A stretch of 64,000 bases of DNA from Prevotella sp. (GTDB taxonomy: Bacteria > Bacteroidota > Bacteroidia > Bacteroidales > Bacteroidaceae): assembly GCA_045114185.1 (NCBI GenBank), contig JBGUJY010000074.1, forward strand, positions 6,688 to 70,687, read 5' to 3'. Below are positions 1 to 10,646 of this stretch, piece by piece. Each line of letters starts with the position of its first letter. The stretch's first letter is position 1. The notes beneath the pieces are model-generated. The model saw only the letters and a program-made list of their open reading frames with translations. It was not told the origin of the DNA and made no database searches. Made by a program: the position numbers and the translations under genes.

Positions 1-10
1 TTAAAGATTT

Positions 11-847
11 ATGGTTAAGCGTTATATATTCATATTCCTGCTGGCATTGACAACGACGGCGTTCGGTCAGAGTCAACGTGAAAACGACACAGAAGAGTCG
101 GGAGTAAACCCGCGCTTGGAACAGTTGGAGGATTACCTGCAACAAAAGGGTATGAAGCTTGTCTATGAGACGTACTACCGTGAAAAGAATTCGAAGCTCG
201 AACATACTATTTGCGGAATCGAAACAATGAAAGATAAGGAGGTTGATTCCATCTGCTCTGTCATCAATGATCTGAGTAGGAACGCCATAGAGAGTCATAT
301 GTACGAGTTCCATAAGAACGGCACAGACACCATTGATTATGTCGTGATGCTCAATGACAAGGAAGAGGTGGAGTTCGAAGCCAATCGAACGGAGAGTGAC
401 AATATGTTTATTTGTTATTGTCATACGTATCGGACCGAGAAAGGCAAGGGGAGTGTGGCAGTTGCCATTGCCGAGAGACATTGGCGTATCGACATCAATA
501 CGATGAACACCATGCGGTATGGGTCGAGAACGGTGACGCCCGACTTCTACCTTGAACTGCGTGGAGATACGTTGCGGAGCTATCTGCCTTATTTGGGACA
601 AGCACAGGTATCGACAACACTTGCGCCTGCCATAGGACTGAACTTCGAGAAGGTGGTAATGCGCTATTGGCTAAATAAACCCAAGTCGAAGAAGTACGTC
701 CAACTATATATCGATGTCAAGACGCGGGAGGATACTTACTATTATGTGATTGATGTGTATGACGATGGCAAGGCCTTCATCCGCGTGCGCTCGATGAACC
801 GCGATCCCATCAGCTTCGACGGTACGTTGAGTACGGAATTATACTGA
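11..847 (+). CDS. Secreted protein with C-terminal DUF4251-like domain
   Basis: Signal peptide; C-terminal half (FYLELRGDTLRSYLPYLGQA...NRDPISFDG) resembles Bacteroidetes DUF4251. Confidence 0.6.
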   Translation: MVKRYIFIFLLALTTTAFGQSQRENDTEESGVNPRLEQLEDYLQQKGMKLVYETYYREKNSKLEHTICGIETMKDKEVDSICSVINDLSRNAIESHMYEFHKNGTDTIDYVVMLNDKEEVEFEANRTESDNMFICYCHTYRTEKGKGSVAVAIAERHWRIDINTMNTMRYGSRTVTPDFYLELRGDTLRSYLPYLGQAQVSTTLAPAIGLNFEKVVMRYWLNKPKSKKYVQLYIDVKTREDTYYYVIDVYDDGKAFIRVRSMNRDPISFDGTLSTELY

Positions 848-888
848 TTACTCTAAATACTAACATCTATAAAGAACCCAATTAATCT

Positions 889-2832
889 ATGAAGAGAAGT
901 ATTACCATTTTTACACTTGCGCTCGTCTCCTGTATGGCCACGGCACAGAACAGCAACGGCATCCTCCAAAAGTCGGAGGGCAGCATCACCTTTGTGGTGG
1001 ATGAGGACTTAGCGCCGATAGAAGATGATTATCCCATGGAGAAATCGTTGATGAGTGGTACTTCTGCGCTTAATGACATCTTTCGTGATGAAGGCATACC
1101 TGGTGATACGCACGCCATGATTGCCCGGAGTTTTTCCGACGACGAGTATTTCTATACTTTCAAGGGGAAGGATGTATTCTTCCAAACGGTTGTGCGAGCC
1201 TATGCTGAGCATCGTCCGCTCGTGCTCTCACCCGACATGATCTGGGTGCTGATCAGTCAGGGATTTGCCCGTTATGTGGATGCCCATGCTGAGGAGATGC
1301 GTGACATGTTGGTGAGTCATACAGACAAAATGATGCTGACGGTGAGGAGCGACAAGGAGTTGCTCACGGAGGAAGCAAACTGGGAAGAGATCCTATCCGA
1401 CTTCACGGCAAGTATTCACGAGAATACCAAGGGCGACATCGCCAAGACCATCACAGCCGACTTCTCCACCACTGGCGTTACCGAGCGTATCACCTCGCAG
1501 ATCACGCTGATGGAAACCATGAAAAACTATTTTGATTATATCGTTGTTTATCTGGCCTGCGGTATTCCGAACATTACCCTCAAAGGAACACCCGATGACT
1601 GGCAGAAGGTGTTGGACAAGACACAGCAGCTGGAGCAGTATGGCATGACAGAATGGATCAATAGTTTGAAGCCCATCTTGAAGGAGTTTGTGAAGGCATC
1701 CAATGGGAACCCTAACCAGAAATTCTGGAAGAACATGGTGAAGAAGACTGATCCTAACAAACTGATTGGTGGCGGTTGCGACTTCCGTGAACCTACCCAA
1801 TTAGATGGATGGATACTCAAGTTCTTCCCTAACGAGAACGGGGTGACACTCGATGAGGTGGCGCATACGGAGTCGATGCCTTCGGAACGGGTATATGTGG
1901 ACTTCAAATACCAGATCATCGATATTGCTGACGGTAGTCTTAAACTTGAAACGCCATTACAACTTATTGCTGGCTTTATCGGTACTGAGGTGGATAAAGA
2001 GACGCGTGCCCTCACACCCAAGATGGGGTGGGTGGTACGACAGATGGAAAACGATGATGTCATCTTGAAAAAACTCGTGGCAAAAGATAATGAGCAATTC
2101 TCTGATGGTATTCAATTGCGTGTGAGAAGAGTGCCCGACTTCCTTTCGGATTTGCCACATATCAAGAAGCTGCGACTGGAATTTACTGACGAAGTGGTAC
2201 TGCCGGAGTGGTTCTATAACCTGCAGATTGACGAATTGACCATCAGTGGAGAGATGAGTAAAGAAGTGCAGGCTTCCATCAGTAAGTATTTCCCAAGAGT
2301 TGTCTTCAGAATTCCTCCGAAGCGTCGTAACAATGATGAGCCGATGATCATTGTGGATGGTGCTCGCTTCCATGGTAAACTTTCGGACATCAACCCTGAC
2401 GACATCAAGACGAAGACAGTATTAAAGGATGCAGCGGCAACGGCCGTCTATGGTCTGCAAGGTGAAAATGGTGTGATTGAGATCACAACCAAAAGCAAAC
2501 AAAGAAAGGAAGATCCCTTTAAAGAGAGTCTTCCAAAACCGAAATCTACAATCAAAGAAGTACCGAATGAACCATTGGGAACAAGCTATACGATCAGCGG
2601 TGTGGTGAGAGACGAAAAGGGTCCGCTCATAGCTGCAACCGTCTGTGAGATAGACGAGAACGGTCGCATCATAGAAGCTACTATTACCGACAACAACGGC
2701 AAATTCACCATGAAGTTCAGAAACAAAAAGGACAAGGTCCGTGTTTCATATGTTGGCTGTAAAACTGTGACCCTTGATTATCAAAAGAAAAAGTACAACG
2801 TCTTGATGAAAGAAGTTAATATATGGTTATAA
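889..2832 (+). CDS. Secreted DUF4419 protein fused to TonB-plug-like and carboxypeptidase-regulatory-like domains
   Basis: AYAEHRPLVLSPDMIW and CGIPNITLKGTPDDW (DUF4419); INPDDIKTKTVLKDAAATAVYG..NGVIEITTK (SusC plug motif); TISGVVRDEKGPLIAATV...VSYVG (CarboxypepD_reg-like). Confidence 0.7.
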   Translation: MKRSITIFTLALVSCMATAQNSNGILQKSEGSITFVVDEDLAPIEDDYPMEKSLMSGTSALNDIFRDEGIPGDTHAMIARSFSDDEYFYTFKGKDVFFQTVVRAYAEHRPLVLSPDMIWVLISQGFARYVDAHAEEMRDMLVSHTDKMMLTVRSDKELLTEEANWEEILSDFTASIHENTKGDIAKTITADFSTTGVTERITSQITLMETMKNYFDYIVVYLACGIPNITLKGTPDDWQKVLDKTQQLEQYGMTEWINSLKPILKEFVKASNGNPNQKFWKNMVKKTDPNKLIGGGCDFREPTQLDGWILKFFPNENGVTLDEVAHTESMPSERVYVDFKYQIIDIADGSLKLETPLQLIAGFIGTEVDKETRALTPKMGWVVRQMENDDVILKKLVAKDNEQFSDGIQLRVRRVPDFLSDLPHIKKLRLEFTDEVVLPEWFYNLQIDELTISGEMSKEVQASISKYFPRVVFRIPPKRRNNDEPMIIVDGARFHGKLSDINPDDIKTKTVLKDAAATAVYGLQGENGVIEITTKSKQRKEDPFKESLPKPKSTIKEVPNEPLGTSYTISGVVRDEKGPLIAATVCEIDENGRIIEATITDNNGKFTMKFRNKKDKVRVSYVGCKTVTLDYQKKKYNVLMKEVNIWL

Positions 2833-2874
2833 GAGAGTAACCACAAACAATATGTTACTAAAACGAATCGACCT

Positions 2875-3816
2875 ATGAAGAAAAGTTTGATTATTGTCGT
2901 GCTGGCACTCATGACAAGTATGGCCAAGGCACAGACAGACGAAGACAAGCAAACTGACCGTTTGGAAGCCAGCTCCATGTTGAAATACCGTCGGGGAGTG
3001 GAGTATATCAAAAACACGATTGAAACCTTCCGCTACGAAGGAAATCTGGAGGCGAAGGAATGGCTGACTGAGGCTCATCAACCGAAATTATCCAGTGAAG
3101 CAACCACCGAGGAGGAGCAAAAAGAAAGGCATCGTATCTGGGAGGCCTACTACGAGAAAAAGGACAGAATATACGATACCTGTCCTGAGCATGATTATCT
3201 GTTCGTGGTTTTGCCTCCTAACGAAGGCCCTATTGCCCTCACCTATGATGTGAAAGACACGGCTCTGGTATTGCTGAAATGTTACGATGTTCATCCCAAC
3301 TATCCCACACTTGGGAAAAGCGAGGTGAAATCATTTAAGATGAAAGTGGACGTGGCAGCCTACGACTCCATCCAACGCCTTCATCTGCTGGCTGTATATA
3401 CCGCCGTGCACATGAATCCGAAAGCCAACGCGAGCTTGATTGATACTTATGTCGTCAGAAATCCCAATATGCCTATTCCCATAATGCCGTCATTCTTCGA
3501 CCATAGGACCATGAGTTTTCATTTCGTTTGGGGACAACAAACAGGCGACCTTTATGCAAGAAGTCACAACAGCGAATCGCCGACTGCCAAGAAGTTGATT
3601 GAGACATTCTACGGAATCTGTGGCTCTGTCGCACACCAGGACCACGAAGGACTCCGTTCGCTCATGCCGACCGTCAACGAACTACTGACTCGCTATCGCG
3701 CCCTCATTCTGCCCGACGTGCTTGTCGATGAATGGACGGACGAGAGGTTCAGACAAATATACCAACGCACCATCACAAATGAACTACGCTTACGTCTTCG
3801 CCAAACAAGTCACTAA
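2875..3816 (+). CDS. Hypothetical secreted protein
   Basis: 313-aa ORF with Sec signal peptide (MKKSLIIVVLALMTSMAKA); no recognised motif. Confidence 0.7.
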   Translation: MKKSLIIVVLALMTSMAKAQTDEDKQTDRLEASSMLKYRRGVEYIKNTIETFRYEGNLEAKEWLTEAHQPKLSSEATTEEEQKERHRIWEAYYEKKDRIYDTCPEHDYLFVVLPPNEGPIALTYDVKDTALVLLKCYDVHPNYPTLGKSEVKSFKMKVDVAAYDSIQRLHLLAVYTAVHMNPKANASLIDTYVVRNPNMPIPIMPSFFDHRTMSFHFVWGQQTGDLYARSHNSESPTAKKLIETFYGICGSVAHQDHEGLRSLMPTVNELLTRYRALILPDVLVDEWTDERFRQIYQRTITNELRLRLRQTSH

Positions 3817-3877
3817 TTGTTTGAAGGTCTCATCCCACAGTAACAATCGGAGTAAAACCGCGTTTTTCAGGGGATTA

Positions 3878-3909
3878 TTTGGTGTTTTCAATTATTTGCT
3901 TTATCTTTG
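3878..3909 (+). promoter_or_regulatory. Bacteroidetes primary-sigma promoter for nadE
   Basis: TTTG (3878-3881), 20-nt spacer, TATCTTTG (3902-3909). Confidence 0.7.
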
Positions 3910-3944
3910 CGGTATCATAGGTTAAACTAACGGTACGAAAGAGC

Positions 3945-5873
3945 ATGCAAAACGGATTCATCACAGTGGCTGCGGCTATCCCTCAAGTGAAGGTGGCTGA
4001 TTGTATTTACAATACCCAGCAGATAGAGAGCATGATTGCCCAGGCTGAGGGCAAGGGCGTGGAGATTATCGTTTTCCCAGAGTTGTCCATCACAGGCTAT
4101 ACTTGTCAGGACCTGTTCCGTCAGCACGCATTGCTGGAACAGGCAGAGACGGCAGTGATGATGCTGTTGGACTTCACCAGGAAACTGGATGTGATTGCCA
4201 TTGTAGGTCTGCCCGTTATTGTGGGCGACCTGTTGCTGAACTGTGCGGCGGTGATCCAGAAAGGTGATTTGCTGGCACTGATCCCCAAGACGTACCTGCC
4301 GAACTACAGTGAGTTCTATGAGAAACGCTGGTTCGCTTCGTCACAAGACCTTCATCCTACAGAGATTCGTTTTGCCGGTACTCGTATTACCGTATCCCGC
4401 GACCCATTGCTGATCCGTACTTGTGACGGCGTGATGATGGGTGTTGAGATCTGTGAGGATGTGTGGGCGCCTGCACCACCGAGTAACCGTTTGGCCTTGG
4501 CCGGTGCCGACCTGATCTTCAACCTCTCAGCAAGTGATGAGCTGATAGGGAAGCATGACTACCTGAAATCGTTGCTGGCACAACAGAGTGCGCGTACCAT
4601 TACCGGTTACATCTACAGCGGCTGCGGCTTTGGAGAGAGTACGCAGGATGTGGTGTATGGCGGTAACGCACTGATATACGAGAACGGAGCTTTGCTTACG
4701 CAGGCTGAGCGTTTCTCGATGAAACCGCAGATGATGATTACCCAGATTGATGTGGAACGTCTGCGTTCTGAGCGTCGTACCAATAGTACTTATGTGAATG
4801 CGCAGCGAGGGAATATGGCCCTGATCAAGGATGCGCATTCCATTACACCGCGCGACTTTGTCCTGCTGCGTGAATTCGATCCGCATCCATTCATTCCCAA
4901 GAGCGAAAATATGAAGAGCTCCTGCGAGGAGATACTGAACATACAGGTTAGCGGACTGGCCAAGCGTTTGGTGCATACGAATAGCAAGAATGTGGTGATT
5001 GGTATCAGTGGCGGACTGGATAGTACGCTGGCCTTGCTGGTATGCGTAAAGACGTTTGATAAGTTAGGACTGTCGCGTAAGGGAATCCTTGGCGTGACCA
5101 TGCCTGGATTCGGTACCACTGACCGTACCTACCATAATGCCATTGCCCTGATGAAGAGTCTGGGTGTGACCATCAAGGAGATCAATATAGCCAAGGCGGT
5201 GATGCAACACTTCGAGGATATTGGTCATGACCCCAAGGTACATGATGTGACCTACGAGAACTCTCAGGCTCGAGAGCGTACGCAGATATTGATGGACCTG
5301 ACCAACAAGTACGGAGGACTTGTGGTTGGTACGGGTGACCTCAGTGAGCTGGCCTTGGGATGGGCTACATATAATGGTGACCATATGTCGATGTATGGCG
5401 TGAACGCCAGCGTGCCCAAAACACTTATCCAGTACTTGGTACGTTATGTGGCTGACGAGATGGCTGATGAGGATAAGAAGGGAGCAGAGACGCTGTTGGA
5501 TGTGCTCGATACGCCGATCTCGCCTGAGCTGACTCCCGCTGATGAACAGGGGAATATCAAACAGAAGACGGAGGATCTGGTGGGACCGTATGAGCTACAC
5601 GACTTCTTCCTGTACTACTTCCTGCGCTTCGGGTTCTCACCGAGGAAGATCTTCCTGCTGGCACAACAGGCGTTTAAGAACAAGTATGAGGATGAGATCA
5701 TCAAGAAATGGCTCACCACCTTTGTGCGTCGCTTCTTCTCACAACAGTTCAAACGCTCGTGCTTGCCCGACGGTCCTAAGGTGGGTAGCGTGAGCTTGTC
5801 ACCCCGTGGCGACTGGCGTATGCCTTCTGATGCGATGAGTACGCTGTGGCTTGAGGAGTGCGAAAAGTGCTGA
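3945..5873 (+). CDS. nadE: Glutamine-dependent NAD+ synthetase
   Basis: N-terminal nitrilase domain (FPEL, EICEDVW) plus synthetase domain (GISGGLDS, ENSQARER). Confidence 0.97.
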   Translation: MQNGFITVAAAIPQVKVADCIYNTQQIESMIAQAEGKGVEIIVFPELSITGYTCQDLFRQHALLEQAETAVMMLLDFTRKLDVIAIVGLPVIVGDLLLNCAAVIQKGDLLALIPKTYLPNYSEFYEKRWFASSQDLHPTEIRFAGTRITVSRDPLLIRTCDGVMMGVEICEDVWAPAPPSNRLALAGADLIFNLSASDELIGKHDYLKSLLAQQSARTITGYIYSGCGFGESTQDVVYGGNALIYENGALLTQAERFSMKPQMMITQIDVERLRSERRTNSTYVNAQRGNMALIKDAHSITPRDFVLLREFDPHPFIPKSENMKSSCEEILNIQVSGLAKRLVHTNSKNVVIGISGGLDSTLALLVCVKTFDKLGLSRKGILGVTMPGFGTTDRTYHNAIALMKSLGVTIKEINIAKAVMQHFEDIGHDPKVHDVTYENSQARERTQILMDLTNKYGGLVVGTGDLSELALGWATYNGDHMSMYGVNASVPKTLIQYLVRYVADEMADEDKKGAETLLDVLDTPISPELTPADEQGNIKQKTEDLVGPYELHDFFLYYFLRFGFSPRKIFLLAQQAFKNKYEDEIIKKWLTTFVRRFFSQQFKRSCLPDGPKVGSVSLSPRGDWRMPSDAMSTLWLEECEKC

Positions 5874-5914
5874 AACACCTTGCACAGCACAATAAACGAG
5901 GGTGAAAGCGCGTT

Positions 5915-7360
5915 ATGGAGATAATGAAGTGCAGATATCTGATCCAATTATTCCTGGCCGCCATGCTCTGTGTGGCGTGTGCCGATGATGACTCTTTCAC
6001 TACCTCGTCATCCTATCTCCTGACTTTCTCCACAGATACGGTGAAGATGGACACGGTGTTTTCCAAGGTTCCATCCAGTACGCGCACCTTCTGGGTGTAT
6101 AACCGTTCGGGAGAGGGCATAAGGTGTACGGATGTACGGTTGGCCAATGGTAACCAAACGGGCTATCGTGTCAACGTGGATGGTGTCTATCTGGGACAGT
6201 CAGCGGGCTACCAAACCCACCATCTTGAGATCCGCAATAAGGACAGTGTTCGTGTTTTTGTGGAGCTGACATCCCCAGAGAACGGTCAGATGGAACCGCA
6301 GATGCTCGAAGACAACCTGGTGTTCACCCTGGAAAGCGGAGCCGTACAGAAAGTGAACCTGAATGCTTATTCATGGGATGCGGATATCCTGAGTGATATA
6401 ACGGTAAAGGACGAACTGGTTCTTGAGGGTTCCAAACCCACCATCATCTATGGCATGATGCGCGTGGAAGAGGGGGCTACGTTACGAATACCGGCAGGGA
6501 AGACCGTTTATTTCCATGGAAACAGCGGACTGGATATTTATGGACGACTGATCACGGAGGGAACGGCAGAGGCTAATGTGGTGCTCCGTGGCGACAGAAT
6601 GGACAGGATGTTCGACTACCTGCCTTATGATATGGTGAGTGGACAATGGCAGGGAATACATATCTACGAGAGCTCGTATGATAACGTGATGGAATATACG
6701 GATGTGCATAGTACGTTCAACGGGATTGTATGTGACTCTGCTGCTATTGATAGACAGAAGCTGACCATGCGGAATGTGACTGTTCATAACTGTCAGGGTG
6801 CAGGACTGAGTGCCGTAAATGCCAAGATCACGCTGGAGAACTGTCAACTGACCAATACCCTTGGGGCTTGTCTAGACATCCTCGGCGGTGACTTCACCAT
6901 CAACCATTGTACATTGGCGCAGTTCTATCCTTTTGACAGTAGTAGAGGACCTGCCCTGCTCTTCGCCGCTGACGCACAGCACCCGCTGGAACAGCTGAAC
7001 TGTATGAACTCGATCATCACGGGCTACGGGGAGGATGTGATCATGGGTGCCCAGAACGACTCCACCACATTCAACTATACGTTCGCGCATTCCATTCTGA
7101 GAACGCCTGAGGTGGAGGACACCACGCATTTCACCAACATCCTTTGGGAAGAGGTGAAGGATACGGCGGCTATCAGTGGTGAGAAGCTGTTCATACTGGT
7201 GGATATCGACAAGCAACGCTACGACTTCCACTTGTCGGAGAAATCCACGGCCATTGGTAAGGCTGATAAAGCCACTTCGTTACCTACTGATCGTGACGGA
7301 CGACTGAGGGATGATGAGCCGGATGCGGGATGCTTTGAAGAATTGAAAATTGAGAATTGA
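5915..7360 (+). CDS. Lipoprotein with right-handed beta-helix repeats
   Basis: Lipobox LCVAC; GQWQGI and beta-helix-like repeats; C-terminal PDAGCFE. Confidence 0.7.
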   Translation: MEIMKCRYLIQLFLAAMLCVACADDDSFTTSSSYLLTFSTDTVKMDTVFSKVPSSTRTFWVYNRSGEGIRCTDVRLANGNQTGYRVNVDGVYLGQSAGYQTHHLEIRNKDSVRVFVELTSPENGQMEPQMLEDNLVFTLESGAVQKVNLNAYSWDADILSDITVKDELVLEGSKPTIIYGMMRVEEGATLRIPAGKTVYFHGNSGLDIYGRLITEGTAEANVVLRGDRMDRMFDYLPYDMVSGQWQGIHIYESSYDNVMEYTDVHSTFNGIVCDSAAIDRQKLTMRNVTVHNCQGAGLSAVNAKITLENCQLTNTLGACLDILGGDFTINHCTLAQFYPFDSSRGPALLFAADAQHPLEQLNCMNSIITGYGEDVIMGAQNDSTTFNYTFAHSILRTPEVEDTTHFTNILWEEVKDTAAISGEKLFILVDIDKQRYDFHLSEKSTAIGKADKATSLPTDRDGRLRDDEPDAGCFEELKIEN

Positions 7361-7368
7361 GAATTGAA
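7341..7368 (+). repeat. Heptamer tandem repeat (AATTGAR)x4
   Basis: aattgaa aattgag aattgag aattgaa spanning the stop codon of the upstream gene. Confidence 0.85.
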
Positions 7369-7394
7369 ATTAACTACGTTGGACTTTACGGAAG

Positions 7395-7874
7395 ATGAAG
7401 AAGATAGAGTTAACCCAAAACATTGTGTTCTGTCAGTTGGAGGAACTGAACGAGGCGGAACAGCAGCTGGTGCGGAAGGCCATGCAGGCCACCGACAACA
7501 GCTATTCTCCCTATTCCCATTTCAGGGTAGGGGCGGCCATCAGATTAGAAGATGGTTCGGAGATTATCGGTGCTAACCAGGAGAATGCCGCTTATCCCGT
7601 TACACTCTGCGCGGAACGTACGGCGATCTTTGCCGCACAAGCGCAACAACCAGAGTTGTCGATTGAGTCCATGGCCATTGCTGCACGCAACGAAAAGGGC
7701 TTTACGGAAGATCCCGTTACTCCCTGTGGCTCATGTCGTCAGGTCATCCTCGAGATTGAGCAGCGGTATGGTAAGCCCATGAAGATCTACCTCTACGGCA
7801 CGAAGGGCGTATATGTAATAGATACGGTACGCGACCTCCTTCCGCTGTGCTTTGTTGATGAATCTATGCGGTAG
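7395..7874 (+). CDS. cdd: Cytidine deaminase
   Basis: YSPYSHFRVGAA, NQENAAY, CAER and PCGSCRQ zinc motifs. Confidence 0.95.
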   Translation: MKKIELTQNIVFCQLEELNEAEQQLVRKAMQATDNSYSPYSHFRVGAAIRLEDGSEIIGANQENAAYPVTLCAERTAIFAAQAQQPELSIESMAIAARNEKGFTEDPVTPCGSCRQVILEIEQRYGKPMKIYLYGTKGVYVIDTVRDLLPLCFVDESMR

Positions 7875-10646
7875 TTATAATCCGCAGAACTGACGGTAGG
7901 GACAGGTGGCGCAGATGGCGCGGTCGGCAGTAGGTCTGAAAGGTACTGACGGCTCGAAGATCTCTGTGAGCACCTCTCTGATACCATTTTTGAACGTTTC
8001 CTCATAACGACTGATATCCTTCATCTTCTCTTTCCCCATAGGCAGAATCGGATCATAGTCATCACCTCCCGAATGTTGAATGAACAGAAGGGCGGGTGCC
8101 ACAGGCAGATGAGCACTGTTATGCTTTTCATCGTGTTGTACAAAGAGGGAGTACAACATGGTTTGCAGGTAGTAGTCAGCATGTTTCTTTGGAACAATCG
8201 GTTGTTCAAAGATTTCCTCCACACTGTTGATTCTTGTCTTGAGCGCCTTGCTACCTGTCTTGTAATCCACCACACGGATGCGTTGTGTTCCTGCTTCCTG
8301 ATCCCATATCATATCCAGACGGTCGATAATTCCACCCATCTTGATGGTCGTATGACCTGCAGATGTGTTGATATCCATTGCTCCATCAACCTTTTCTTCC
8401 AGTCCGAGAACATAGAACGGAGCCAGTTGTTGATCGATTTTAAGGAGTCGTTTGATATAATGTATCACCACCTCGCGGTTGATGAGCTGGAGTCCGTTTA
8501 ACTCAGATGATTGCATTTGTCGTTTGTCAAACACCTCTGTTTTGAAGGCCTCATCAACAGCCCGCTCGATGTCCTGCGGACTCTTCAGCATATTCTCTAT
8601 ATCCTCAGGCAGGATCATCATATCGCTGTGTCGCATCTTCTTATACAGATTCTCAGATGCCTTGTGGAAGATATTACCGAAGGTACGGTTGTCAATGGTC
8701 TCTTCATCCATCTCTTCAGGTTCGCGAATGCCCTCGATATGGTTGTAGTAGAACTGCAACTGACAGCGGAGGTAGCGGTTGATATAGGTTGGATAGAAAC
8801 CTTTATTGGCTATGGCCTGAAGCTTCGTCATCATCTCAGGCTTCTTCTCAATGCTCACAGGATTCAAAGGCGTCTGGTCCTGGCCCGTCTGAATGTTCTG
8901 CTTACGGATAGGCAGATTACTCTCTACCATGAGCTGAAGCATGAACCTGCTCATCTCGCCCGTATGACCGTCCTCGGTGGAGTTGTTATAAAGAATCGTC
9001 ACATCCTTTGCACGCTGGATCAAGCGGTGAAAATAATACGCATACACTGCCACCTTATGATCAATAGTAGTGAGTCCGTAGGCCTTGCGAATGGAGTAGG
9101 GGATGAAGCTGGAATCGTTCACGCCCTTGGGCATGTTCCCCTCCTGACATGAGAGGATCAGCACATGGTCGAAGTCGAGGTTTCTCGTTTCGAGCACACC
9201 CATCAGCTGAATACCTTTTGCGGGCTCGCCATGGAATGGAATCGTGGTACTACCAATAAGCTGGTTCAGCATCTTCTGATAGGTAGTGAGGTCGATATCT
9301 AGTTGATCTGTTGTGAGGATACTCTGCAGTCGATTGAGCAACGTGTACATCCTGAAGAGCGCCTCCTGCTCGAACTGCGAGTGGGAATCGTCAAGAGCCA
9401 CTGTACGAACCACGTTCAGCAGATGGGCATTGAGCGTGGAAGGTGTAGCCTGGGTGATAGCCACAGGCGTTTCGGAAGCAGACAGCAGATTATAATACGG
9501 ATGACGCACCACCTGTTTATACGTTCTTCTTCCTCCATAGAGATGATGGTTGACCACATGTTTCACCAACGAACTGATGAGGGCATGTTGTAAAGGATAG
9601 CCTGTTGTGACGTTCATCTCTTTAACGGTTGGTGGCAGACAATGCACGGCTGTGGGTAGGATAGACTCATCACACATCACAATCACCGTTTTCTGTCCGT
9701 CAGCAATTCTGTTCTCCTCTTGGAGCCAACGACTGATATAGCGTGCCTGCACATTCTCAGTAGGTGCACTGATGAACGTTACCTGTTTGTCGTGATTCAG
9801 ATGATCATAGATATCTTCATCGTGATTATCGAGCTCATTGGGGAAGCGTGAGAGATAAGACGAGATGAAATGTCCTGCCTCATTCTCAGGTTGCTGTCGT
9901 CCTTGCGAACCTTTCATATAATAATGGTCAAAGTCCCAATAGAACGAAGCCTTCTGTTCTTCTTTCAGCTTTAGGAATAGCTTCTGTTCAACGGTCTGTA
10001 GCAAGTTGAATCCCACAAAGATATAATGATCATACGACAGGGTAGGCTCCATCTTCTCTGTCACCTCACGGTACAGCATACCCTCATAGGCCAGTCCTTG
10101 CTCGCGAAGACGGTTGCGGAAGTCGTGATAGATCTCACTGAAATGACTCCATAGCTCGATGAACTTCCGTTTGAGCTCCGTTTCATGATCGTCACTAAAG
10201 TTACTGAAGAACTTCTTCAGGATTCTCTTCTGCTCATCCGAGAGATAGGAAACACTGTCGAGCTCATGCAGATCACGCAGGTTGGCAAACACCTGATCAG
10301 CATCCGCCATATTCTTATCAATATCATCAAAGTCGGCTAACAGCAACTGTCCCCAACCATAGAAATGATCAAGTGTCTCATTGATGCCCGTACATTTGAC
10401 GAAACTCTTGTACAGTTCGCAGATGAGCTTCACCGAGTCGCCCACCATGAGGTCTGACTGCTGACGGAAAAGGTCACTGATGGTGACATACGCAGGACTC
10501 CATAACGGCTTTCCTGCAAGCCTGGCCAAATAACCGTTTAGGAAGAGTGAGGCACGTTTGTTGGGGAACACCACTGCGATTCTCGACAGTTCCGTTCCAT
10601 GTTTCTTGATGATATCTTCTGCGACGAATTCCAGGAATGTCTTCAT
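7875..10646 (-). CDS. AddB-like PD-(D/E)XK nuclease subunit
   Basis: VVFPNKRA start, GIIDRLD..VVDYKTG nuclease motif, Fe-S cysteines (YLRC...CATCPYRQFC); overlaps the helicase gene. Confidence 0.85.
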   Translation of the reverse strand: MKTFLEFVAEDIIKKHGTELSRIAVVFPNKRASLFLNGYLARLAGKPLWSPAYVTISDLFRQQSDLMVGDSVKLICELYKSFVKCTGINETLDHFYGWGQLLLADFDDIDKNMADADQVFANLRDLHELDSVSYLSDEQKRILKKFFSNFSDDHETELKRKFIELWSHFSEIYHDFRNRLREQGLAYEGMLYREVTEKMEPTLSYDHYIFVGFNLLQTVEQKLFLKLKEEQKASFYWDFDHYYMKGSQGRQQPENEAGHFISSYLSRFPNELDNHDEDIYDHLNHDKQVTFISAPTENVQARYISRWLQEENRIADGQKTVIVMCDESILPTAVHCLPPTVKEMNVTTGYPLQHALISSLVKHVVNHHLYGGRRTYKQVVRHPYYNLLSASETPVAITQATPSTLNAHLLNVVRTVALDDSHSQFEQEALFRMYTLLNRLQSILTTDQLDIDLTTYQKMLNQLIGSTTIPFHGEPAKGIQLMGVLETRNLDFDHVLILSCQEGNMPKGVNDSSFIPYSIRKAYGLTTIDHKVAVYAYYFHRLIQRAKDVTILYNNSTEDGHTGEMSRFMLQLMVESNLPIRKQNIQTGQDQTPLNPVSIEKKPEMMTKLQAIANKGFYPTYINRYLRCQLQFYYNHIEGIREPEEMDEETIDNRTFGNIFHKASENLYKKMRHSDMMILPEDIENMLKSPQDIERAVDEAFKTEVFDKRQMQSSELNGLQLINREVVIHYIKRLLKIDQQLAPFYVLGLEEKVDGAMDINTSAGHTTIKMGGIIDRLDMIWDQEAGTQRIRVVDYKTGSKALKTRINSVEEIFEQPIVPKKHADYYLQTMLYSLFVQHDEKHNSAHLPVAPALLFIQHSGGDDYDPILPMGKEKMKDISRYEETFKNGIREVLTEIFEPSVPFRPTADRAICATCPYRQFCGL

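Noticed and set aside
3817..3944. Riboswitch upstream of nadE
   Set aside because: The promoter position leaves only about 30 nt of leader, with no structure evident
7875..10646. Cas4-like nuclease suggesting CRISPR adaptation
   Set aside because: The Fe-S PD-(D/E)XK domain is the C-terminus of an AddB-like protein paired with AddA
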